NCBI GenBank assembly: GCA_964603295.1
Contig: CAZRUG010000005.1
Location: 1 to 50,819, forward strand
DNA: 50,819 nucleotides
Direction: 5' to 3'
Source of the DNA: Candidatus Woesearchaeota archaeon
Lineage (GTDB): Archaea > Nanobdellota > Nanobdellia > Pacearchaeales > GW2011-AR1
Part shown: in pieces, positions 25,745 to 35,401 of the stretch
How positions within the stretch are numbered: position 1 is the stretch's first letter
Layout: each line of letters starts with the position of its first letter
Position numbers and translations under genes: made by a program
The notes under the pieces: model-generated
Seen by the model: only the letters and a program-made list of their open reading frames with translations
Told to the model about the DNA's origin: nothing
The model's database searches: none

Positions 25745-27181
25745 ATGCAAAAAGAGGAAAAGAAATTTAAAACCTTATTTAATGAATCTCTTACAAGTAT
25801 GATTCTAATAGATAAAAAAGGAAAAGTTCTTGCAATCAATAAACCTGCACTAAAAATAAACAAAACACTAAAAAATTCTAATATAAAAGAACACTATCCT
25901 TTTAGAGATAAAAAAATACAAAAATATGTTTTAAATTCAAAAAAACAATGTAAAGAATTTGATTTAAAAGATAGAACATTTTTAATTAAGAAAATTCCTT
26001 TAGAAAAAAATATCATTCTTAACCTTGAAGTAAAGAAAAACACTTCTGAAAAATTATTTGAAACTCTTGCAGAAGATTCACCAAGTGCAGTTTTTATTGG
26101 AAAAGAAGGAAAAATACTTTATGCAAATGCAAAATGTGAAGAGATAACTGGTTACAAGAAAAAAGATTTTTACTCAGCCAAATTTAGTTTTTTATCAATG
26201 GTTGATGAAGATTCACTTGATCAAGCAGAAGCACAACTAATGCCAATTGATTCAAGAAAAAAATTAGAAATTACTCCCTCAACAACCCCCTATGAATATG
26301 GATTAATCACAAAACAGGGTGAAAAAAAATGGATTTTAATGTCAACAAGAATAATCCAGTATGATAATGAAACCGCAGTCTTAGGAATTTTAACAGATAT
26401 TACAGATAGGAAAAAAATAGAGGAAAAAATAAAAAAAGCAAATGAAGAATTAAAAAATGTTGATAAAATAAAAAACGAATTAATGAATGTTGTTGCACAT
26501 GAACTCAAAACTCCTTTAGCCCCAATACTTGGTTACACAGATATGATTCTCAAAGACAAAACATGCAAATTAGGAAAAGAACATAAAGAAGAAGTAAAAA
26601 TAATTCAAAGAAACGCAAAGCGATTAGAACTATTAGTTAAAGATGTTTTAGATGTTTCAAAAATTGAAACAGGTGCAATGAAATTCCAAAAGCAAAAAAT
26701 AAATATTTCAAAGTTAGTTAAAGATGTTGTAAAAGGAATGCATCCCAAGGCAAAAAAACAAAATATAAAACTAATTTCAAAAATAAAAAAAACAGATAAC
26801 ACAGTTGCAGACCCTTATCGACTAACACAAGTTGTTTCTAATTTAATAGACAATGCATTAAAATTTACAAAAAAAGGCTCAATCAAAGCAATTGTTTCTC
26901 AAAATAAAAAACAAATAAGGGTTGAAGTAAAAGATACTGGTTCAGGAATAAAAAAACAAGATATATCTAAATTATTTAAAAAATTTTCACAATTAAATTA
27001 TGATCCTGAAAGAAAATCAAAAGGAACTGGTTTAGGCTTAGCAGTTTCAAAAGGAATCATTGAAGGTCATAAGGGAAAAATATGGGCAGAAAGTGAATTT
27101 GGCAAAGGCAGTTCATTTATTTTTACTATTCCAATAAAAAAGAAAGGTTTAAATAAAAAAGTATCTTCTAAAAAATCATGA
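25745..27181 (+). CDS. Cytoplasmic PAS-domain sensor histidine kinase
   Basis: It has the H-box VVAHELKTPL, the N-box NLIDNALKF, and the G-boxes DTGSGI and GTGLGLAVSKGIIEGHKGKIW. PAS-like repeats lie upstream. There are no TM helices. Confidence 0.9.
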   Translation: MQKEEKKFKTLFNESLTSMILIDKKGKVLAINKPALKINKTLKNSNIKEHYPFRDKKIQKYVLNSKKQCKEFDLKDRTFLIKKIPLEKNIILNLEVKKNTSEKLFETLAEDSPSAVFIGKEGKILYANAKCEEITGYKKKDFYSAKFSFLSMVDEDSLDQAEAQLMPIDSRKKLEITPSTTPYEYGLITKQGEKKWILMSTRIIQYDNETAVLGILTDITDRKKIEEKIKKANEELKNVDKIKNELMNVVAHELKTPLAPILGYTDMILKDKTCKLGKEHKEEVKIIQRNAKRLELLVKDVLDVSKIETGAMKFQKQKINISKLVKDVVKGMHPKAKKQNIKLISKIKKTDNTVADPYRLTQVVSNLIDNALKFTKKGSIKAIVSQNKKQIRVEVKDTGSGIKKQDISKLFKKFSQLNYDPERKSKGTGLGLAVSKGIIEGHKGKIWAESEFGKGSSFIFTIPIKKKGLNKKVSSKKS

Positions 27182-27537
27182 AAAAGAATGTGCTTGTAAT
27201 TGACGATGAAAAAGATTTTGCAAATCTTCTTAAAAAACAGTTAGAAAAAGAAGATTATAATGTTAAAGTCCAAAACACAGGCCAAAAAGGACTTGATTAT
27301 GCAAAAAAAAATAAACCAGATATAATTTTATTAGATATTATGATGCCAAAAATGTCTGGATGGGAAGTCTGCAGTAAACTTAAAGACGACGAAGATACAA
27401 AAAATATTCCAGTAATATTCTTAACAGCAAGGACAGACGATGTATCAAGATCAATGGGTATGAAAGGTGCAGATGAATATATTGAAAAACCAGTTGATCC
27501 AATTGACTTATTTAAGAAAATAAAAAAACTAACATAA
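27178..27537 (+). CDS. Single-domain CheY-like response regulator
   Basis: It contains VLVIDDE, DIILLDIMMPKMSGWEV and PVIFLTA. It overlaps the kinase stop by 4 nt. Confidence 0.9.
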   Translation: MKKNVLVIDDEKDFANLLKKQLEKEDYNVKVQNTGQKGLDYAKKNKPDIILLDIMMPKMSGWEVCSKLKDDEDTKNIPVIFLTARTDDVSRSMGMKGADEYIEKPVDPIDLFKKIKKLT

Positions 27538-27538
27538 A

Positions 27539-28171
27539 ATGAAAACTCTAATTAGGAGATATAAAGAAATATTACTTTCCCTAAGTGCAATAGTCTTTGC
27601 TATTTCATTTATCTTAATCCTTTATTCAGCACATTTAGTTGGAGGTTTTAATACAATACTTGCAGATTCTGGATTTTCAAATTTAACTTCAACACAAAAA
27701 ACAATCTTTATTGGGGCAATTGCGATATTTGTTTTAAATTCTATGTTCATCTTAATGCTTTTACTTGCATCTAAATCAGAAGAATCTTTAATTGGTAAAA
27801 AACCAAAAAAATACACAAATAATCAAAAACTTGTCAAAGGATTTATACAAGCAATTACAAAAGTTGGAATAAAAACAACAAATAATGAATACACCCACCA
27901 TTTATTTAAAAAACTTAAAACAGAAAAATCAAAATCTTATACAACTTTAAAATACATTACACTAAAGAAAAAAGGAAAAAAATTAATAGTAAATGTTGAT
28001 GCAAAAATTAATAACTTATCAAATGCAGAAATTGCAGATACAATGCAATTAATTGTAGATTCCTTCAGCACTTCAGACGATGAAGAAGATCCATTTAAAA
28101 CAATGCTTCTAAATACAATGGATAAAGAACTAACAACATTAATAGTTCAAAGAGGAGTTGTGTTGGATTAA
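27539..28171 (+). CDS. Membrane protein (2 TM plus a soluble C-terminal domain), last gene of the two-component operon
   Basis: From the ORF track. It starts 1 nt after the receiver stop. Confidence 0.55.
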   Translation: MKTLIRRYKEILLSLSAIVFAISFILILYSAHLVGGFNTILADSGFSNLTSTQKTIFIGAIAIFVLNSMFILMLLLASKSEESLIGKKPKKYTNNQKLVKGFIQAITKVGIKTTNNEYTHHLFKKLKTEKSKSYTTLKYITLKKKGKKLIVNVDAKINNLSNAEIADTMQLIVDSFSTSDDEEDPFKTMLLNTMDKELTTLIVQRGVVLD

Positions 28172-28303
28172 TTCTGAAAAGAGAGAAGGAGAATATTTTT
28201 TGGATGGATTATGCATTAAAAAAAGCCTACTATTTTTGTTTCTTTTTTTCTAAAAAGAAGATAAAATAATCTTTTTTGTGAAGAAAATTTATTGAGAATC
28301 TCT

Positions 28304-28882
28304 TTAGTAATCAAGATACATTAAAATATCTTCCGGATTATAAGTTTCATTAATAATCTTTACTTCTTTTGTTCCCAAGTCTAAAGAGAGTTCATATTCA
28401 GTATAATTTTGTTCTTGTAAAATATTGCTAAATGAAAAAAGAGTAGGCTCTCCAAAAGCCTTAAAACTTTCTTCAATAGCCTCTATTTGCCTATACCCAT
28501 ATTCTCTTATCACATAATTAGTATCCATCTGAAGTGCCATTCTAACTTCATTATTAGTAAAGTCAAAATTTGGATTAGATGAATCAATTTTGACAATCAA
28601 CAAATCTTTATTGACTAAATCAGAAGTAAAATAACAAAAATCTATACTACTATTTTCTATATGCTCTATCTGAACAGATTTTTCTGATTCTGCCATGTTC
28701 ACAAAAAAATAATTATCTCCTAATTTATCTCCATTCATAGATAGTTGTGTATTGTAACAAGTTAGAGGATAATCCTCATTAAGTAATAATCCTGTTGGAC
28801 AACAAGTCAACCACTTGTAAATAAAAAATCCTGCAACAACTAAAACAAGGATTATAATTCCAATCCAATTTTTTTTGTCCAT
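28304..28882 (-). CDS. Membrane-anchored extracellular hypothetical protein
   Basis: From the ORF track. It has an N-terminal TM helix. Confidence 0.55.
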   Translation of the reverse strand: MDKKNWIGIIILVLVVAGFFIYKWLTCCPTGLLLNEDYPLTCYNTQLSMNGDKLGDNYFFVNMAESEKSVQIEHIENSSIDFCYFTSDLVNKDLLIVKIDSSNPNFDFTNNEVRMALQMDTNYVIREYGYRQIEAIEESFKAFGEPTLFSFSNILQEQNYTEYELSLDLGTKEVKIINETYNPEDILMYLDY

Positions 28883-28940
28883 ATTAAATTGATAAAAATA
28901 TTATATATAAAAGTATTGTTAAGTTCAAAAAAAATTGAAG

Positions 28941-30146
28941 TCATTGTCTTTTTGTTACAGAATAAATAATTAATATAAAAAGAATCACTACGACAATTAT
29001 TCCAATAAACCAATAAATTAAAGTTGGGGGCTTATTTTCTCCACATTTTCCATTTTGACAGATATTTGATTTACATTCAAAATCATTTTTACAAGAAGTT
29101 CCTTCAATCTTTTGGTCAATTAATTTATATTTTGAAGAACAATATTTTCCTATTTTTCTTAAACCGATTTGCTCACATTCTTCCTGAGGTTCTGGAGAAT
29201 TTTTACATTCATCACTTGGAGCACAATTAACCCCTTCAAAAGGTTCGCAATAACTTTGTTCTGTTCCTGCGTTTCTACATCTTTGATTCATATAAGGAAT
29301 ACATAATTCATCACCTTCACAATAAGGTTGCCCTGTTCCATCAACCCAACAGTCATCATCAGAATAACATTCTATATCTGGAGTTGGTGCAAAACAAGAT
29401 TGAGATTCAACCGGTTTATTTTCAGTAGTTCCACATAAATTAGAATCTGTGCAAGTTCTTGTTTGTTGGTTGTTTGTGCAAGAACTCCAATTTGTACAAG
29501 ACCAATCTTCAATACATTCTTCACTAATATTTACTTTGTAAGCTAAAATAACTTCTGCCTTATGTTCTCCTCCAACATAACCTTGATAAACTATGTTGCT
29601 GACAATTAAATCTAAATTATCTATTTTGTCTGCATCATCATAGGGATAGAATTGGTAAGGAGAATTTTGTTCAGAAAGAGACTTTGTATTTTGATTATTT
29701 ATAACAAATTTCGCGTTGCTAGAATCAATAAATGAAAGAGAAACATTATATTCTTCTCCATTTAAATTTATTTTAAGAGGAGAATCGCCCTCACTAATAT
29801 TTACCTTGTAAGCTAAAATAATTTCCGCTGTTTTTTCTCCTCCAACATAACCCTGATAAATTATGTTATCCACAAGGATGTCTAAATTTTCTATTTTGTC
29901 TGCATCATCATAGGGATAAAATTGATATGGTGAATCCTGTTCAGAAAGAGATTTTGTGTTTTGATTGTTTACAACAAATTTAACATTACTAGAATCAATA
30001 GATAAAAGTGAAACATTATATTTTTTGTCAAGATTTATATTTACAACATTTGCACTAACTAAAACAGAAGTAAATAAAATTATTGAAAATACTAAACAAA
30101 TAAATGTAACCTCCTTTCTCATTTTATTAAAAAAAGATCGACTCAT
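28941..30146 (-). CDS. Surface protein: signal peptide, two 90-aa tandem repeats, a Cys-rich module and a C-terminal TM anchor
   Basis: The internal repeat reads ..YNVSL..IDSSN.KFV.NNQNTKSLSEQ.SPYQFYPYDDADKI.NLD..V.NI.YQGYVGGE..AE.ILAYKVNISE. The motif WSCTNWSSCTNNQQTRTCTDSNLCGT resembles a thrombospondin-type-1-like pattern. There is a C-terminal hydrophobic helix. Confidence 0.65.
   Translation of the reverse strand: MSRSFFNKMRKEVTFICLVFSIILFTSVLVSANVVNINLDKKYNVSLLSIDSSNVKFVVNNQNTKSLSEQDSPYQFYPYDDADKIENLDILVDNIIYQGYVGGEKTAEIILAYKVNISEGDSPLKINLNGEEYNVSLSFIDSSNAKFVINNQNTKSLSEQNSPYQFYPYDDADKIDNLDLIVSNIVYQGYVGGEHKAEVILAYKVNISEECIEDWSCTNWSSCTNNQQTRTCTDSNLCGTTENKPVESQSCFAPTPDIECYSDDDCWVDGTGQPYCEGDELCIPYMNQRCRNAGTEQSYCEPFEGVNCAPSDECKNSPEPQEECEQIGLRKIGKYCSSKYKLIDQKIEGTSCKNDFECKSNICQNGKCGENKPPTLIYWFIGIIVVVILFILIIYSVTKRQ
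29521..30045 (-). repeat. Tandem direct repeat, 2 x 270 bp, in frame within the surface-protein gene
   Basis: TCACTAATATTTAC(T/C)TTGTAAGCTAAAATAA occurs at 29521 and 29791, giving a period of 270 nt. High identity continues through most of the unit. Confidence 0.85.
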
Positions 30147-30243
30147 TTAAAAATCTATCTTTTTTAAGACAAACTCTCAATTAAATATCACAATCAAACC
30201 AAACCCCAAAAATCCTTAAAAACCTTTATTTCTTAAAATATTT

Positions 30244-33102
30244 ATGACTTATGTAAAAAGATTGGTGATGCAAGGTTTCAAAAGTTTTGTTAAAAAAACA
30301 GAACTACCTTTCACAGAGGGAATTAATGTAATCTTAGGTCCAAACGGTTCTGGAAAATCAAATGTTTCTGATGCACTATGTTTTGTTCTTGGTCGTTTAA
30401 GTATAAAATCAATGCGAGCAGCAAAAGCATCAAACTTAATCTTCATGGGTTCAAAAGCAGCAGGCCCAGCAAAAGAAGCATCAGTAGAAATTGTATTTGA
30501 CAATGAAAACCAAACATTTAGTTTAAACAGCAAAGAAGTTGGGATCAAAAGAATAGTAAGAAAAAACGGACAAAGCATTTACAAAATAAATAATGAAACA
30601 AAAACAAGACAAGATGTTTTATCTCTTTTAGCTCAAGCAGGAATAGACCCAAACGGCTTCAATATTATCCTTCAAGGAGAAATCCAAAACTTTGTAAAAA
30701 TGCACACAGAAGAAAGAAGAAAAATAATTGAAGAAGTTTCAGGAATATCAATCTATGAATCAAGAAAAGAAAAAGCACTCAAAGAATTAAACAAAACAGA
30801 TGAAAAACTAAAAGAAACAACAGCTGTCTTAAGAGAAAGAACCTCTTATCTAAACAACTTAGAAAAAGAAAGACAACAAGCACTCAAATACAAAAAACTT
30901 GAAGAAGATATTAAAAAATTTAAAGCAAGTATTATTTACTCAGACTTAACAAAGAAAAAAAAAGAAGCTGAAGTAACTGAAAAGGAAATTGAAAAAAAGA
31001 ATAAGGAAATTGAAAAAGTAAAATCAAAAACAAAAGAAATTGAACAAGAAATAAAAAAATTAGAAAATGAGATAGATGAAATAAACAAAAAAATACAAAC
31101 TTCAACTGGATTAGAACAAGAAAAACTTAATCAAGAAATTGCAAATCTTAGAGCAGAGCTTGCAGGAATGAAAGTAAGATATGAAAATCATGAAAAAAAG
31201 TTAGAATCATTTGAAAAACAAAAAGCAGAACTAAATGAAGCAATAAATAATCAAAACCTATTATTAAAAGAATTAAAAAAAGAATCTCCCGCAGTTGCAA
31301 AAAAAGAAAAAGAATTAGAAATAAAGAAAAAAGAAATTGAAAAATTAGAACAAGACAGAAAAAAATTCTATACAATAAAAACAGAAATCAAGTCAATAAA
31401 AGACAGGCTTCAAGATAAATACAATCTTTTAAACAAGTATCAAAATGAATCAGACTTTTTATTGCAACAAATACAATCTCTTTCAATAGAATTATTTGAT
31501 AAAAAAACAAATAAAGAAAAACTTCAAGAACTTAAATCAAAGCTCGAGGAAAAAAGAGCAATGCTTAAGAATTTTGAGCAAAGAGAAAAAGATTTAGAAA
31601 AACAAGCTTTTGCAAGTGAACATGAGATTAATGAACAAAAAAAAGTAATTGAAAAAATTGAAGAACTAGACATCTGTCCATTATGTAAAAACAAAATAAC
31701 TGCATCACATATTAACTCAATCCACGACGAAATCAAACCAAAAATAGATGAATTAAATAAAACAATTAACAAATCAGATAAAGAACTAAATGATATTTAT
31801 AATAAAAAACAAATGCTTGAAACAGAAATTGAACAAATTAGTTCAGAAGTTTCAAAAAGAGAATCAGATTTAATAAAACTTGCAAATATCAATGACAAAA
31901 ATACCCAAATAAAAGTTCTTCAAGAAAGCATTAACAACATAAAAAATGAAATTCAGGAACTAGAAAAAAGAAAGAAAAACCTTGAAAAAAACTTTGATGA
32001 AAATTCAAATATTGAACAAAAATACGAAACAGCACAAATAGAAGTCAGAGAAATATCATTAAGAAGCGAGGAAAACATTAATTCAGAGATTTCATTTAAA
32101 CAAAGAGAAATAGAAAGAATGGAAATTTCATTAAAACAAGTTCTAAGAGATGAAGAAGAAATCAAAGAAGAGATAAAAGAAATTAATAAAAATATTCAAT
32201 CAAAAGAAGAGCTACTAGAAAAATCAAGAAAACAAGAAGAAACATTATCTAAAAAATTCCAGGCACAAATTGAAAAAAGAGATTTAATGCAAAAGCAAAT
32301 TAGAGAAAAAGAAAATGAATTAATTAATAGACAACACGAAATACACAGAATTGAAGATATGACAAATAATTTCAAAATCGACAAAGCAAGAATTGGTGCA
32401 GAGATTGAAAACTTAGAAATGGAAATGCTTGAATTTCCAAATATAGAATTAATTAAAACAAATAAAGAATCTCTAAAAGAAAAACTTCACAAAGCACAAG
32501 ACACATTATTAAGAATTGGTTCTGTAAATCTTCGTTCACTAGAAGTTTATGATGAAGTTAAAAAAGAATATGATACAATAAATGAGAAAGTTGAAACAAT
32601 TTCTAAAGAAAAAGAGGGAATATTAAAAATAATTCATGAAATTGACATAAAGAAAAAGAAAACATTCCTTAGAACATTAAATGAATTAAATGAAATCTTT
32701 TCTAGAAACTTTTCACAACTTAGCACAAAAGGCCAAGTTAATTTAGAACTTGAAAACAAAAAATCACCTTTTGAAGGTGGCGTAAACATTATTGTTAAAA
32801 CAGGGCATGGAAAATATTTTGATGTAACCTCTCTTTCTGGAGGAGAACAAACACTTGTAGCACTTTCATTAATCTTTGCGATCCAAGAACTAAATCCCTA
32901 TTGTTTTTACATCTTAGATGAGATAGACGCTGCATTAGATAAAAGAAATTCAGAAAGACTTGCAAATCTATTAAAAAAATACATGCAAAAAGGTCAATAC
33001 ATTGTAATTACCCACAACGACGAAATTATAAGCAATGCAACAAACTTATATGGAGTTTCGATGCATGATGGAATAAGCAAGGTAACAAGTTTAAAGCTAT
33101 AA
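30244..33102 (+). CDS. smc: SMC-family chromosome ATPase with a central CxxC (zinc-hook-like) motif and no recognisable hinge
   Basis: The heads are SMC-type: GPNGSGKSN, QGEIQNFVKMHTEERRKIIEEVSGI, LSGGEQTLVALSLIFAIQ and YILDEIDAALD. The protein is 952 aa. CPLC lies at residues 478-481 (nt 31675-31686). Confidence 0.85.
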   Translation: MTYVKRLVMQGFKSFVKKTELPFTEGINVILGPNGSGKSNVSDALCFVLGRLSIKSMRAAKASNLIFMGSKAAGPAKEASVEIVFDNENQTFSLNSKEVGIKRIVRKNGQSIYKINNETKTRQDVLSLLAQAGIDPNGFNIILQGEIQNFVKMHTEERRKIIEEVSGISIYESRKEKALKELNKTDEKLKETTAVLRERTSYLNNLEKERQQALKYKKLEEDIKKFKASIIYSDLTKKKKEAEVTEKEIEKKNKEIEKVKSKTKEIEQEIKKLENEIDEINKKIQTSTGLEQEKLNQEIANLRAELAGMKVRYENHEKKLESFEKQKAELNEAINNQNLLLKELKKESPAVAKKEKELEIKKKEIEKLEQDRKKFYTIKTEIKSIKDRLQDKYNLLNKYQNESDFLLQQIQSLSIELFDKKTNKEKLQELKSKLEEKRAMLKNFEQREKDLEKQAFASEHEINEQKKVIEKIEELDICPLCKNKITASHINSIHDEIKPKIDELNKTINKSDKELNDIYNKKQMLETEIEQISSEVSKRESDLIKLANINDKNTQIKVLQESINNIKNEIQELEKRKKNLEKNFDENSNIEQKYETAQIEVREISLRSEENINSEISFKQREIERMEISLKQVLRDEEEIKEEIKEINKNIQSKEELLEKSRKQEETLSKKFQAQIEKRDLMQKQIREKENELINRQHEIHRIEDMTNNFKIDKARIGAEIENLEMEMLEFPNIELIKTNKESLKEKLHKAQDTLLRIGSVNLRSLEVYDEVKKEYDTINEKVETISKEKEGILKIIHEIDIKKKKTFLRTLNELNEIFSRNFSQLSTKGQVNLELENKKSPFEGGVNIIVKTGHGKYFDVTSLSGGEQTLVALSLIFAIQELNPYCFYILDEIDAALDKRNSERLANLLKKYMQKGQYIVITHNDEIISNATNLYGVSMHDGISKVTSLKL

Positions 33103-33235
33103 GATTGTTTTACAAAAAATTTTACATATAAAATTCTCAGTTTATCATAAACCTCATATGATTGTCTTATTTTTGCCTAAAGCTAACGCTAGGATATAAA
33201 AAATGTAAATAAAAAAAATAAAAATAAATTAAAAA

Positions 33236-34444
33236 TTAGTAATAACTTTCACCAAACTCTTCTTCTTTTTCTGGTTTTCTTCCAAGCAATACAATTAAGA
33301 TTACTAAAAGCACCACAAGAACAATTACTAAAACAATTGTCCAAAGAACTGGTGAATCAACATTAACAGATGTACCTTCAACATCAAGAGTTAATTGCTT
33401 AGACTCAACAACAACGCCTGCAGTTACAAAATTAGTAGTGAAAACTTGTTCACCTTCTTCACTAGATTCAGCTGTAATAACAACATTTCTAGTAGAACCA
33501 GCAGGAACACTTACAAGATTTGAGTCGGCACTTGAACTAAGGTATTTTGTGTTTTCAGTAACCACTTCATAAACTTTTAAGCTATTTGTAGGGTTTGCAA
33601 TAAGCAAAGTAAACTCAGCTTCTTCACCCTTAGCTACGTTTTTCTTAGTACTAGTTGCAATTACTTTTTCAGGGAAGTCATTTTCAACAACAATTTGCTT
33701 AGTCATAGACTCAACAATATCGTCGTTTTCAACTTCTACTTCAAGGCCATAAATACCTGGAGTAGCGTCATAAGGAACAGTCAAATAGATAGTTCCTCTA
33801 ACTGTGTCTTCCGCTTCATCGCAATCTTCTTTGCACTCAAGAGAAACAAGGTCACCAAAATACCCATTCTTCTCAATGTTTAAACTAGGAACTTTTGCAG
33901 TTACATACAAGTCATCAAGATCACTATAACCAGTGTTCTTCAAAACAATATCTACTGGATAAACTTCACCTGCTGTAAAAACAGAAGAAGTACCAACAGA
34001 CATTAAATTTACATTATATGCAGGTCTTTGAACTCTTAAAGTATAACTGTCATCAGACTTATACTCACTGTTCCAAATCTTAATGTTAAGCTCTAAATCA
34101 TCACTTACATTGTCTTTAAGTTCATAAGGAATTTTTACTCTAAGTGTTTTTCTATACTCTTGTCCAGCTTCAACAACAAAAGGACCAACAGTATTTTGTT
34201 CACTTATTTTTTCCCCATCAACTTCAGCTCTAATCTTAAGATCTTCTGCATTATGGTCTGCAGTAAATCTAACAACTATAACAGCTGTTTGTCCTGCATC
34301 AATTGCAACATTGTCCCCAGAAACATATACATCGTTAACCTCTACATTAATTTGGCTAGTAATCTCTTCTGTAGCTGCACTAACATTTGCTACTAAAACA
34401 ATCACTGCCATTGCAAGGAAAACCATAAGGTTTCTTAACTTCAT
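33236..34444 (-). CDS. Cell-surface (S-layer-like) protein with a signal peptide and a C-terminal TM anchor
   Basis: It has an N-terminal signal sequence and beta-rich repeats of the CARDB/COG1361 style. The C-terminus reads VLWTIVLVIVLVVLLVILIVLLG followed by a charged tail. Confidence 0.6.
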   Translation of the reverse strand: MKLRNLMVFLAMAVIVLVANVSAATEEITSQINVEVNDVYVSGDNVAIDAGQTAVIVVRFTADHNAEDLKIRAEVDGEKISEQNTVGPFVVEAGQEYRKTLRVKIPYELKDNVSDDLELNIKIWNSEYKSDDSYTLRVQRPAYNVNLMSVGTSSVFTAGEVYPVDIVLKNTGYSDLDDLYVTAKVPSLNIEKNGYFGDLVSLECKEDCDEAEDTVRGTIYLTVPYDATPGIYGLEVEVENDDIVESMTKQIVVENDFPEKVIATSTKKNVAKGEEAEFTLLIANPTNSLKVYEVVTENTKYLSSSADSNLVSVPAGSTRNVVITAESSEEGEQVFTTNFVTAGVVVESKQLTLDVEGTSVNVDSPVLWTIVLVIVLVVLLVILIVLLGRKPEKEEEFGESYY

Positions 34445-34584
34445 TTTGGGTTTTGTATAATTTATTTACTTGCGCAAAATCTTTGACTTTGCTTATTTTT
34501 CTATATACAAAACTCTTTATAAACTTTATGGTGACAACAAATTAAGGTAATTCTCAAGTTACACTAATTGTAACTCACAATTAG

Positions 34585-35367
34585 TTATTTTTTCAAACCC
34601 TTGTGCAAAACATCCAATCCAGCAACACTATCTTCAAAAGGATTTGGGCCCTCATTTATTATAACATATTCTTTTGTCTTCGATAAATTATCAAATAGTT
34701 TTTTCCAATAAAGTTTTTCAGTTGTAATATGTTTTTTCTCTCCTTTCTCTCCATACTCAATTCCAGAAAAATGACAATGCCATTCTTTTTGTTTAAACAA
34801 TTTTTCAATTTCATCAAACTGATATTTTCCATAACGAGCAAGAACATGAGCAAAATCAATGCAAAAACTACAACCAGTGTCATTAACTAAACTACTAATC
34901 TCTTCTAAAGAACCAAACACATTTATCTTCCCCATTGTCTCAGGAGCTAATTCAGGCATATACTTCTTCTCCTTTCGAATCTTTTGCAAATCAATAATTA
35001 CATTCTTAATATTTTCATAACTTTCTTTTTTAGACATCTTGCCATAAAAACCAGCATGAAAAACAACTTTCCTTGCATTTAACCAAGTTCCAACTTCAAG
35101 ACATTTTAAAATTCTTTTTTTACTTGACTCAACTTTTTCTTTTTCAATAGAATTCAAATTAATCCAATAAGGTGAATGAATACTTAGACTAATATCAAAC
35201 TTCTCAGCAGCTTTTCTAACTTTTTCAGCAGTCTTCTCATCTCTAATAAAGATACTATAAGTAAAAGGAATCTCAGCAGCCTTAATCCCAACACCAGCAA
35301 ACTGCTCAAAAGTATTTTCAATGTCCTTCACAGAACCAACTCCAGAAGGACCTAATCTAATTTTCAT
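34585..35367 (-). CDS. nfo: Endonuclease IV-family AP endonuclease (xylose-isomerase-like TIM barrel)
   Basis: The metal-ligand motifs occur in order: IHSPYWINL, VFHAG, APETMG, CIDFAHV, HCHFSG and INEGP. Confidence 0.7.
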   Translation of the reverse strand: MKIRLGPSGVGSVKDIENTFEQFAGVGIKAAEIPFTYSIFIRDEKTAEKVRKAAEKFDISLSIHSPYWINLNSIEKEKVESSKKRILKCLEVGTWLNARKVVFHAGFYGKMSKKESYENIKNVIIDLQKIRKEKKYMPELAPETMGKINVFGSLEEISSLVNDTGCSFCIDFAHVLARYGKYQFDEIEKLFKQKEWHCHFSGIEYGEKGEKKHITTEKLYWKKLFDNLSKTKEYVIINEGPNPFEDSVAGLDVLHKGLKK

Positions 35368-35401
35368 AAGAATAAAAAGAAAAACTTAGTTATAAAATTA
35401 A

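Noticed and set aside
30249-32384. Several 60-110-aa antisense ORFs lie inside smc (30249-30578, 31148-31375, 31524-31772, 31953-32165, 32196-32384). Similar ones lie inside serS, the histidine kinase, lhr, the MutS-like gene and others.
   Set aside because: They are low-complexity F/L/S/I-rich mirror images of purine-rich K/E coding strands. They lie entirely within well-supported genes and have no promoters.
34557-34575. A hairpin, AGTTACA-CTAAT-TGTAACT, lies 10 nt downstream of the nfo stop.
   Set aside because: It has a short 7-bp A/T-rich stem without a following T-run on the transcribed strand, so it is weak as a terminator call.
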